Part shown: in pieces, positions 29,098 to 36,489 of the stretch | How the letters are laid out: each line of letters starts with the position of its first letter | How positions within the stretch are numbered: the first letter of the stretch is position 1 | Source of the DNA: an uncultured Desulfobacterales bacterium | Lineage (GTDB): Bacteria > Desulfobacterota > Desulfobacteria > Desulfobacterales > JAUVVS01 | Assembly (NCBI GenBank): GCA_964561845.1 | Contig: CAZLRK010000001.1 | Coordinates: 14,119 to 78,118, forward strand | Length of the DNA: 64,000 bases | Direction of reading: 5' to 3' | The notes under the pieces: generated by a model | Told to the model about the DNA's origin: nothing | Database searches by the model: none | The model's input: only the letters and a program-made list of their open reading frames with translations | Position numbers and translations under genes: made by a program

Positions 29098-29152
29098 CCC
29101 ATATATGTGCCGCTTACAGTTGCATATATACGGTTTCAAGTATGCATATATG
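29098..29152 (+). promoter_or_regulatory. three phased CATATAT boxes immediately upstream of the HRDC-avd-RT operon
   Basis: CATATAT starts at 29100, 29123 and 29145 (spacing 23 and 22 nt). A homologous array lies at 33737-33790. Confidence 0.35.
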
Positions 29153-29154
29153 TG

Positions 29155-29667
29155 ATGCCTGTCCGAATATTCACCATACCATTTGATTCGAAAAAAGAGG
29201 TCTTCTCAGATGAAGACCTTTCACGATTTCTTCTGAACAAAAATGTAAAAAGGTTGCACCCTGAATTTTTTCAAATAAATGGCAAAGCATTCTGGACGGT
29301 TTTTATTGAGTATGAGGCCGTTGTAATTCCAGAAAAAAAGGATGCTGACTATCTTGATGAGGCACAAAGGCTGCTTATGAAACGTCTGAAAGAGTGGAGA
29401 AAAGAAAAGGCGGAAACAGTGGGGATACCGGTATTTATAATTGCAACCAATAAACAGCTTGTTGATGTTATTAAACGCGCGCCAGGGACCCTGGAAGCAC
29501 TGCGGGAAATAAACGGATTCGGCAAGAAAAAAATTGAACGGTACGGCGGTGAAATTGTTAAAATCATAACCGCCTTTTATGAAAAAAAGCCACTTCGTTT
29601 CCAAAAATCAAAAAAGTTGTCCGAAAAAAGAAGTAAAACAGATGATGCAAAAAACGAAAAGGGTTAA
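29155..29667 (+). CDS. HRDC-domain accessory protein of the DGR
   Basis: The C-terminal half (LKEWRKEKAETVGIPVFIIATNKQLVDVIKRAPGTLEALREINGFGKKKIERYG) is an HRDC fold signature. ATG 29155 is chosen; the ORF extends to 29107. Confidence 0.65.
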   Translation: MPVRIFTIPFDSKKEVFSDEDLSRFLLNKNVKRLHPEFFQINGKAFWTVFIEYEAVVIPEKKDADYLDEAQRLLMKRLKEWRKEKAETVGIPVFIIATNKQLVDVIKRAPGTLEALREINGFGKKKIERYGGEIVKIITAFYEKKPLRFQKSKKLSEKRSKTDDAKNEKG

Positions 29668-29670
29668 TAA

Positions 29671-30018
29671 ATGAGAGACGATTATCCATTATTTGTGCAT
29701 TGGTACAAAACCCTTGACTGGATATTGTCAACCATTGAAAATTTTCCGAAAAAAGCGAGATTTTCTCTGGCATCTCGACTTGCAAATGGCGCTCTGGATA
29801 CGATTGAGCTTATTATCGAGGCCATATATACCAAAAACCGTCTCCATATATTGAATAAAATAAACCTATATATGGAAAAGCAGCGTGTTTTGTTTCGCAT
29901 TGCTCATGACAGGCGATACATTTCAACAAGGCAGTATGAATATGTTTCAAAAGCAATTGATGAAGCAGGTAAAATGACAGGCGGATGGAGAAAGCAAACC
30001 CTTGAAAAGAATCAATAA
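29671..30018 (+). CDS. avd: Avd-like four-helix-bundle accessory variability determinant
   Basis: 115 aa, basic, with a helix-bundle pattern (YKTLDWILSTIENFPKKARFSLASRL...) typical of Avd / 23S-rRNA-IVS family proteins. It lies directly upstream of and overlaps the RT gene. Confidence 0.8.
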   Translation: MRDDYPLFVHWYKTLDWILSTIENFPKKARFSLASRLANGALDTIELIIEAIYTKNRLHILNKINLYMEKQRVLFRIAHDRRYISTRQYEYVSKAIDEAGKMTGGWRKQTLEKNQ

Positions 30019-30994
30019 TCTTTTTAACAGCATCACTTCATACGAAAATCTATTAATCGCTTCCCGTCTTGCGATGAAAGGAAGCGGCAAAACCGCTGCA
30101 ACTTGCAAGTATTTCTATCACTGGGAAACGGAAATTTTGCAACTTCAGACGGAATTGTTAAATGGGATTTATCGGCCTGGTTCATACCGCTATTTTATCA
30201 TTTATGATCCAAAAGAAAGAGTTATTGCTGTTGCCCCTTTTCGTGACCGGGTTGTCCATCACGCAGTGGTTCGAATCCTTACGCCGATTTATGAACGTGT
30301 ATTTATACATGATTCCTATGCCACAAGGCCTTGCAAGGGGACACATGCCGCTATTAAGCGTGCTCAAAAGTTTATTAGGCAGTGGCCCTGGTATCTTAAA
30401 GCAGATATTGAAAAATATTTTAACAATGTTGATCATGAAATTCTTCTGGGAATCATAGAGCGAAAGATAAAAGATAGGCAGCTACTTAAGCTGCTGGATA
30501 GAATCATCAGAAATACACCCACATCTGGCATAGGGATTCCCATTGGAAACCTTACCAGTCAATTCTTGGCAAATGTATATCTTGACCCTTTGGATCATAA
30601 AATAAAGGATCAAATAGGTGTTAAAGGGTATTTACGTTATATGGATGACTTTGTCTTGTTTGGATATTCAAAAAAGGAGCTGTTAGATTTAAAGTGCTCT
30701 GTTGACCACTTTTTGTCAGAACGATTGAGACTTTGCTTAAAATCCAATTCAACCTGGCTGAATCGATCAAGCCACGGTCTTAGTTTTTTGGGAATGAGAA
30801 TCTTCCCGAGGTTTATCAGAGTGAAGCCGGAAAACCGAAAGAGAAGCTTAAAACGAATGTCTAATATTGTTAAAAAATGGGAAATTGGCGAGATTGAAGA
30901 AGAGCGAATGGCCAAGAGCCTGGCCAGTATTGTTGGGCATCTTCGTTATTTCTGCCCCAAGGTAAATATAGCTTTGGAAGCAGGCGCCGAATAA
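30002..30994 (+). CDS. DGR reverse transcriptase
   Basis: RT motifs include the catalytic YMDD ([10 protein letters not shown]) and the DGR-characteristic IGNLTSQ motif. The TTG start overlaps avd. The TR begins 5 nt after its stop. Confidence 0.9.
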   Translation: MKRINNLFNSITSYENLLIASRLAMKGSGKTAATCKYFYHWETEILQLQTELLNGIYRPGSYRYFIIYDPKERVIAVAPFRDRVVHHAVVRILTPIYERVFIHDSYATRPCKGTHAAIKRAQKFIRQWPWYLKADIEKYFNNVDHEILLGIIERKIKDRQLLKLLDRIIRNTPTSGIGIPIGNLTSQFLANVYLDPLDHKIKDQIGVKGYLRYMDDFVLFGYSKKELLDLKCSVDHFLSERLRLCLKSNSTWLNRSSHGLSFLGMRIFPRFIRVKPENRKRSLKRMSNIVKKWEIGEIEEERMAKSLASIVGHLRYFCPKVNIALEAGAE

Positions 30995-30998
30995 AGGT

Positions 30999-31120
30999 GG
31001 CTCTAACCGGGTGATCCGGGGCGGCAGCTGGAACAATAACGCCAGAAACTGCCGGTCAGCAAATCGGAACAACAACACGCCCGGCAACAGGAACAACAAC
31101 CTGGGCTTCCGCCTCCTGAG
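30999..31120 (+). repeat. DGR template repeat (TR)
   Basis: Adenine-rich (AAC-codon-rich) 122-nt copy of the VR1/VR2 sequences. It differs from them only at its own adenines. I counted about 35 A in the TR by hand. Confidence 0.9.
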
Positions 31121-31339
31121 CACGGGGGAACAGCAGAATCCGGTTTCGTTACGGCGCCCCAGACCGTCTACACCCCTGTCCAGGCGCTGCTTCCTGCATC
31201 CTGCCTCTATATACTTATATATGGTGCAGGATCGAAAAGAACGGATCGGTCCCGGGATTAGTAGATAAATAAATGGATAAACTTTTTTATCGAATATGCC
31301 GGGACGATCAATTATTAATCCGGCGACTAAATAGGCAAC

Positions 31340-31407
31340 AACGTCATACCGGACTTGATCCGGCATCCAGTGTCTTTCTGGATTCCCGCGTTCGCGGGAA
31401 TGAGCAC
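31340..31407 (-). repeat. solo copy of the double-hairpin leader repeat that precedes the GIY-YIG gene
   Basis: The reverse complement (TCATTCCCGCGAACGCGGGAATCCAG...GCCGGATCAAGTCCGG) parallels 28588-28665 (TCATTCCGGCGAAAGCCGGAATCCAG...CCCCGGACTTTGATCCGGGG). No ORF is attached. Confidence 0.45.
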
Positions 31408-31535
31408 CCTCGGGTATTTAACCGCCGGAGTAATAAGAATACGTTAATTTGATTAATGACTTTAATTAAAATATATAATTCATGACGTTGGAAAAAATCT
31501 CCTTAAATCCCTTTAAAAAAGGGAGACTTTTGATT

Positions 31536-31565
31536 TTGACATTTGCAAACAAAATCTGCTATAAA
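31536..31565 (+). promoter_or_regulatory. sigma70-like promoter for DGR target 2 (TTGACA-18 nt-TATAAA)
   Basis: The hexamers were read directly, about 105 nt upstream of ATG 31670. Confidence 0.35.
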
Positions 31566-31669
31566 GGCTGTTGCTTAGCACAAATTATTAAAATTACACC
31601 CACAACATAATGAGAATAATATTTAATTTATGGAATGTATAATTACATAAAAAGATAAAAGGTGCTGAT

Positions 31670-33442
31670 ATGATTAAACGTATTATTTTCAGGTTATCTA
31701 CCATAGCATTTTTATTTGTTTTATTAATTCCGAGTATTTCTCTCTCCAGCCAGGATCGCCGGATTGCCCTTGTTATCGGTAATGGTGCCTACAAATTTTC
31801 TCCTCTCAGGAATCCGGTGAATGATGCCAACGATATGGCTGTTGCTCTGGAAAAGTGCAAATTCAATGTAGTGAAAATAACCGATGCCAATAGAGGTGAA
31901 ATGCGCAAAGCAATCAGGAAATTTGGGAATAAACTTATGAGAGGGGGAATAGGTTTGTTCTATTATGCGGGCCACGGGATTCAAGTTAATGGTGAAAATT
32001 ATCTGGTTCCTGTTGGGGCTGAAGTTTTCGCTGAAGATGAGGTTGAGGATGAGTGTCTGAAGGTATCATCTGTATTAAGAAAAATGGAAACAGCAAATAA
32101 CAGCCTTAACATAATAATACTTGACGCCTGCAGAGATAATCCTTTTGGGCGTAGTTTCAGGTCCGGTAAGAGTGGTTTAGCAAAAATGGATGCCCCGACC
32201 GGCTCGATTCTGGCCTATGCCACAGCCCCTGGATCAGTTGCCGCTGATGGTACAGATAGAAATGGCCTGTATACGTCCAAGCTTTTAAAGCATATGACGA
32301 CACAGGGGATAACAATAGAAAATTTATTCAAGCGGGTACGAGTTGATGTAATGAATGCTTCAGGCAAAAGACAGGTTCCCTGGGAATCATCGTCTCTTGC
32401 GGGAAATTTCTATTTCTATTCAAAAAGAGGAATTACAATTGCGGAAAGTACAGCATTAAAATCGCAACCGGTTAAAGAGACGCCAGAGATTGAGGAAAAA
32501 ACCAAAGATGAGCTTGAACTTGCACTTTTAAAAATAAAAAAGTTGAAAGAAGCACAGCAAAAGGAAAAAGAGGCAAAGGGACGAAAGTTTAAAAATCTTC
32601 TTGCTGATTTGAAAAAATACCAAACTATTGAGAAATCAGATTTGGATGATGAAACAAAATATTCTGCCTGGAAGGCAATGAAAAGAAAATATCCTAAATG
32701 GAGTTCAGGTATAGGATCAGGCGATTCTACGGGCATGGTATATCGTGCACTTGAAGAAGACAATGATGGTACGTATGCAGAAATAGCCAAGGCCTCGGGT
32801 TTTGAGTTGTCAAAGACAAATTCAATTGGGATGGAGTTTGTTTATATAAAACCAGGTAGCTTCATGATGGGAAGCCCTTCCAATGAATCCGGGAGGGATG
32901 ATGACGAGGTGCAACACCGCGTGTCCATAACAAAGAGTTTTTACATACAAACAACGGAGGTGACCCAAGGGCAGTGGAAAGCGGTAATGGGCAGCAATCC
33001 ATCTCATTTTAAAAATTGTGGTGATGACTGTCCTGTGGAAAATGTTTCCTGGAATGATGTTAAAGAATTTATTCACAAGCTGAACCAGCGGGAAGGCAGC
33101 GGTACTTACAGGCTGCCTTCAGAGGCCGAATGGGAATATGCTGCCAGGGCAGGAACGGATACGCCTTTTTCCTTTGGTCGATGTTTATCCACTGATCAGG
33201 CCAATTATCATGGCAATTATCCATTATCAGGATGCGCTAAAGGAAAGTATAGGAATAGTACGATCCGTGTAGCCAGTTTTTCTCCCAACGCCTGGGGCTT
33301 GTATGATATGCATGGTAATGTCTATGAGTGGTGCCAGGACTGGTATGCAAAGTATTATTCCAGTTCAGCAACCGATCCCACCGGCCCATCCAGCGGCTCT
33401 TACCGGGTGATCCGGGGCGGCAGCTGGTACAATTACGCCTGA
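31670..33442 (+). CDS. DGR target protein 2: signal peptide, caspase domain, coiled-coil linker, FGE-sulfatase/CLec domain. It is truncated by a TGA inside its variable repeat.
   Basis: Caspase dyad contexts YYAGHGI and LDACRDN. FGE motifs ([39 protein letters not shown]). After TGA 33440-33442 the same frame continues for 27 codons (YCRSAVRNFFTPGDRSSFLGFRLLRTL) to TAG 33524-33526, matching the C-terminus of target 1. Confidence 0.85.
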   Translation: MIKRIIFRLSTIAFLFVLLIPSISLSSQDRRIALVIGNGAYKFSPLRNPVNDANDMAVALEKCKFNVVKITDANRGEMRKAIRKFGNKLMRGGIGLFYYAGHGIQVNGENYLVPVGAEVFAEDEVEDECLKVSSVLRKMETANNSLNIIILDACRDNPFGRSFRSGKSGLAKMDAPTGSILAYATAPGSVAADGTDRNGLYTSKLLKHMTTQGITIENLFKRVRVDVMNASGKRQVPWESSSLAGNFYFYSKRGITIAESTALKSQPVKETPEIEEKTKDELELALLKIKKLKEAQQKEKEAKGRKFKNLLADLKKYQTIEKSDLDDETKYSAWKAMKRKYPKWSSGIGSGDSTGMVYRALEEDNDGTYAEIAKASGFELSKTNSIGMEFVYIKPGSFMMGSPSNESGRDDDEVQHRVSITKSFYIQTTEVTQGQWKAVMGSNPSHFKNCGDDCPVENVSWNDVKEFIHKLNQREGSGTYRLPSEAEWEYAARAGTDTPFSFGRCLSTDQANYHGNYPLSGCAKGKYRNSTIRVASFSPNAWGLYDMHGNVYEWCQDWYAKYYSSSATDPTGPSSGSYRVIRGGSWYNYA

Positions 33443-33516
33443 TACTGCCGGTCAGCAGTTCGGAACTTCTTCACGCCCGGCGACAGGAGCAGCTTCCTGG
33501 GCTTCCGCCTCCTGAG
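33395..33516 (+). repeat. DGR variable repeat VR2
   Basis: 122-nt alignment to the TR with 16 mismatches by hand count, all at TR adenines. The following 57 nt (to 33573) are identical to the sequence after VR1. Confidence 0.9.
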
Positions 33517-33736
33517 GACACTTTAGTTTTTGAGTTTTTACATTTTTACCTTTTGGACCGGGGTTTGGGGCGGCTTCCGGCCCGGAGGGCTCTACCACGG
33601 CGGGAGCCCCAACGGAAATTATTTAAAAGTCAATTAAAATATTGATAAATTTACTTGTAAATATGCTTTTTTAACTAAAGTTGGTGATATTTGATAAAAA
33701 TATACCCATTTTAATAAATATTTTTTACTCATCCAC

Positions 33737-33790
33737 CCCATATATGTGCAGTTCTACTCGCATATATGCGATAATATATATGCATATATA
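33737..33790 (+). promoter_or_regulatory. second array of three phased CATATAT boxes
   Basis: CATATAT starts at 33739, 33761 and 33783 (spacing 22 and 22 nt). The first 13 nt (CCCATATATGTGC) are identical to 29098-29110. The array lies about 100 nt upstream of gene 33890. Confidence 0.35.
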
Positions 33791-33889
33791 CTATTTCAGT
33801 TTTAATCATTTTGCCCTAAATTATTTTGCCTTACAAGCCGGAGGCCAAAAAATTAATTATAAAACGCTTCAGCATGGAGGTTTTTCGTT

Positions 33890-34663
33890 ATGAGATTTAA
33901 AATTTTTATTTTAATAGTGCTAATGCTATCCGTACCTTTATCCTATGGTCAGGATAATAATGTGTTTGAAAAAGCGGATGATATGTTTGAAGAAATGGAC
34001 TATCAAAATCTTACTTTAAGATTTTTCAATGCTGTTAATGGAAATGGAATACCAGGAGCTGAGGTTGAAATAGAAGGAATAGGCGCAGGCGAAACCGATG
34101 ATGAGGGTAAGCTTTTGTTTCCTGTCCCTGAAGACGGAATTTACGATGTATATTTTAGAAAAAAGGGTTATATTGACTCGGATTTCAAGATAAAAATTAT
34201 GGTCGGCACAATATTTTTCAACAGGTTTTCAGTATCACCAGAGATAGATCTAAAGTATGTCAGGATAGTTCTTGATTGGGATAGAAGACCTTCAGATCTT
34301 GATGCTCACCTTGTAAAGGAAGGGGGTTATCATATATCATATAGAAACATGCATACAGTATCAGATGGAAGCGCTAAACTTGACAGGGACGATATGGATG
34401 GCTTTGGGCCGGAGACAATTACCATAAAAAGAGTGGACATAAACTCAAATTACAGATTCTTTGTCCATGATTATTCAAATCAGTCAAACCGTTTAAATCT
34501 GCAACTTTCAAAATCAAAGGCCTGCATTAAAGTTTACGGCGACGGCAAACTTCTCCAGTTGTTTAATGTTCCGCAGAATGAAAGAGGCATAGTCTGGGAA
34601 GTATTCCGCCTGGAAAAGGGCAGGATTGTTGAAGTCAATAGAATATCAAAAAAAATGATGTAG
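33890..34663 (+). CDS. secreted hypothetical protein (signal peptide; beta-rich)
   Basis: 257 aa. N-terminal signal-like MRFKIFILIVLMLSVPLSYGQ and RBS GGAGG. The C-terminal half (LDWDRRPSDLDAHL...DDMDGFGPETI) is reminiscent of a YfaP/DUF2135-type domain (uncertain). Confidence 0.55.
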   Translation: MRFKIFILIVLMLSVPLSYGQDNNVFEKADDMFEEMDYQNLTLRFFNAVNGNGIPGAEVEIEGIGAGETDDEGKLLFPVPEDGIYDVYFRKKGYIDSDFKIKIMVGTIFFNRFSVSPEIDLKYVRIVLDWDRRPSDLDAHLVKEGGYHISYRNMHTVSDGSAKLDRDDMDGFGPETITIKRVDINSNYRFFVHDYSNQSNRLNLQLSKSKACIKVYGDGKLLQLFNVPQNERGIVWEVFRLEKGRIVEVNRISKKMM

Positions 34664-34737
34664 GTGGATACTCTAATCGCCATTGTATCTACAGGCGGTA
34701 ATTTGTAGCTTTGGTTTTCAAAAAGATTGACAAAACC

Positions 34738-34751
34738 ATATCGATCGATAT
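34738..34751. promoter_or_regulatory. perfect 14-bp palindrome ATATCGATCGATAT, candidate autoregulatory operator of the vapBC-like pair
   Basis: Perfect dyad 37 nt upstream of the antitoxin ATG, next to a TTGACA hexamer (34727-34732). Confidence 0.4.
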
Positions 34752-34787
34752 ATTGTAATATATAATATTATCGATGGGGGATTTGAA

Positions 34788-34994
34788 ATGCAAATTGTAA
34801 CAGTATCGCCAAAATATCAAGTAGTAATACCAAAAAAGGTTAGAGATGTATTGCATCTTCGGCCCGGACAAAAAATGCAGGTTGTAGAATATGATGGACG
34901 GATCGAGCTTATCCCGGAGCGAGATATTAAAGAACTTCGCGGATTCCTAAAAGGTATAAACACAGAGTTCGAACGCGAGGAAGATAGAACATGA
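34788..34994 (+). CDS. AbrB/MazE/SpoVT-family antitoxin (VapB-like)
   Basis: 68 aa. MQIVTVSPKYQVVIPKKVRDVLHLRPGQKM is a swapped-hairpin AbrB-type DNA-binding motif. It overlaps the PIN gene by 4 nt (ATGA). Confidence 0.8.
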   Translation: MQIVTVSPKYQVVIPKKVRDVLHLRPGQKMQVVEYDGRIELIPERDIKELRGFLKGINTEFEREEDRT

Positions 34995-35365
34995 ATATTG
35001 TCGATTCTTCCGGTTGGCTTGCTTATTTTGCGGATGAGCCGAATGCTAAAAACTTTATAACCCCTTTAAATGATACGGCTTCACTTATTATTCCATCTGT
35101 AACGATATATGAGGTTTTCAAGGTAGTTCTTCGAGAGTCAAGTGAGAATAATGCGTTACAAGCAGCCGGTGCTATGCATAAAGGAACGGTTGTGGATCTA
35201 ACAGCTTCGTTGGCGATTGCTGCCTCAAAAATAAGTTTGGAGTATAATCCTCCAATGGCTGACAGTTTTATTCTCGCAACAGCAAAGGAATTCGATGCCA
35301 CCATTTGGATTCAAGATGCAGATTTTAAAAATATAGGCGGGGTAAAGTATTTCGCCAAGAAATAA
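34991..35365 (+). CDS. PIN-domain toxin (VapC-like)
   Basis: 124 aa. It has an N-terminal IVDSSGW acidic site and C-terminal ADSFILATAKEFDATIWIQDADF. Confidence 0.8.
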   Translation: MNIVDSSGWLAYFADEPNAKNFITPLNDTASLIIPSVTIYEVFKVVLRESSENNALQAAGAMHKGTVVDLTASLAIAASKISLEYNPPMADSFILATAKEFDATIWIQDADFKNIGGVKYFAKK

Positions 35366-35383
35366 ATACTAACGTCATTAGCA

Positions 35384-36070
35384 CTATTTCAACTTCCCAT
35401 GTTTTGATAGCTCTTCCAGACCACTACGATCCAAAAGCCTAATATTCTTGCCGGTTACTTCGATCAGATTTTGACTGGTCATTTTCGCAAAAATTCGTGA
35501 CAGGGTTTCAGGGATTGTTCCAAGAAGGCTCGCAAGCTGTCCCTTTGAAATAGTTAAAGTAATTACATCATTATTACCCTGTTCATTTGATACATATAAA
35601 AGATAAGACGACAGGCGACCCGGGACCTCTTTTAAGGAAAGATTTTCTACTTGAACCGTAAATCGACGAAGCCGGTTCGACAAAACAGCAAGCATGTTAA
35701 GCGCAAGCGAAGGATTGTCAGATATCAGATTCACAAACGCGGTTCTTGGGAAAAAGAGAAGACGGCTTTTAACAAGGGCTTCTGCATTTGCCGGGAATGA
35801 CCTGCCGGTAAATACCGGCACTTCGCCAAATGGCTCCAATGGCCCGAAAATATGGAGAATTTGTTCCTTGCCGTCCATTGAGACTTTATAAATTTTGACC
35901 TTACCCCCTGCAATAATATAAAATCCGTTCCCATCATCTCCTTCTGAAAAGATTATCTCACCTTTATTGAAGTACTTTGTAAGGGCAATATGTCCTATTT
36001 TTTCGATCTGGTTTTCAGGAAGACCGTTAAAAAGGGGAGTGTTGGATAGTATTTCAAGAATTTTTTTCAT
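35384..36070 (-). CDS. Crp/Fnr-family transcriptional regulator (HcpR-like by context)
   Basis: cNMP-binding domain (FNKGEIIFSEGDDGNGFYIIAGGKVKI) plus C-terminal HTH (SKGQLASLLGTIPETLSRIFAKM). It is divergent from hcp. Start set at MKKILEIL (36070); the longer ORF runs into a repeat. Confidence 0.8.
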   Translation of the reverse strand: MKKILEILSNTPLFNGLPENQIEKIGHIALTKYFNKGEIIFSEGDDGNGFYIIAGGKVKIYKVSMDGKEQILHIFGPLEPFGEVPVFTGRSFPANAEALVKSRLLFFPRTAFVNLISDNPSLALNMLAVLSNRLRRFTVQVENLSLKEVPGRLSSYLLYVSNEQGNNDVITLTISKGQLASLLGTIPETLSRIFAKMTSQNLIEVTGKNIRLLDRSGLEELSKHGKLK

Positions 36071-36075
36071 AATTT

Positions 36076-36326
36076 GTAATATTTTAGCTGTTTGAAAAAC
36101 AGGCCGAATGTGTAAAACTCGCGAATAAGTGAGAGTAAAGAAAGAACAGTGCATGCCATATTAATAAAATAAGTAAGCAATAAATGCCGATTAGTCTTTG
36201 AAACATACCGATTCAATCCCTGTTTTTTCTTAACTCTCACTAATACGCTCAGACAGTTACACGATTTAAAATTTAAAAACCTTTAAAGCTGTATAATTCT
36301 AATTACTTTCATAAGGCTAAATTGTT
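36076..36326 (+). repeat. family-A modular hairpin element, copy upstream of hcp
   Basis: Termini are GTAATATTTTAGCTGTTTGAAAA ... CTAATTACTTTCATAAGGCTAAATTGTT. The internal long imperfect hairpin spans 36110-36262. It is about 85-90 percent similar (by eye) to 38155-38402. Confidence 0.7.
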
Positions 36327-36358
36327 ATTATAATTTTTTTTAAAAATATCACCTTTTT

Positions 36359-36372
36359 TTGACATAAGTCAA
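36359..36372. promoter_or_regulatory. FNR/HcpR-type palindromic box TTGACATAAGTCAA
   Basis: Perfect TTGAC-N4-GTCAA dyad 118 nt upstream of the hcp ATG and 17 nt upstream of a TATAAT hexamer (36390-36395). Confidence 0.5.
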
Positions 36373-36489
36373 GGCAGAGAATTTATTTGTATAATAAAAT
36401 ACCTCCAAAAATTGGCAATGGTTTTTTTTAAAACCTAAATCATGCAGGTTTTAGGTTAAATATTAATTCAATAATACTGGAGGAAAATT

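Noticed and set aside
31011-31268. 85-aa ORF ([36 protein letters not shown]...) just downstream of the RT gene
   Set aside because: It is the conceptual translation of the DGR template repeat, an asparagine-rich copy of the target C-terminus. It has no RBS and the TR functions as RNA. It is not a gene.
30848-31366. 172-aa minus-strand ORF antisense to the RT 3' end and the TR
   Set aside because: It is antisense to well-supported features, resembles no protein I recognise, and is repeat-derived and low in complexity.
33328-33645. 105-aa ORF crossing VR2 in another frame
   Set aside because: It is out of frame with the target gene and runs through the VR and the GC-rich post-VR region. Its arginine/proline-rich composition is typical of an off-frame GC-rich read-through.
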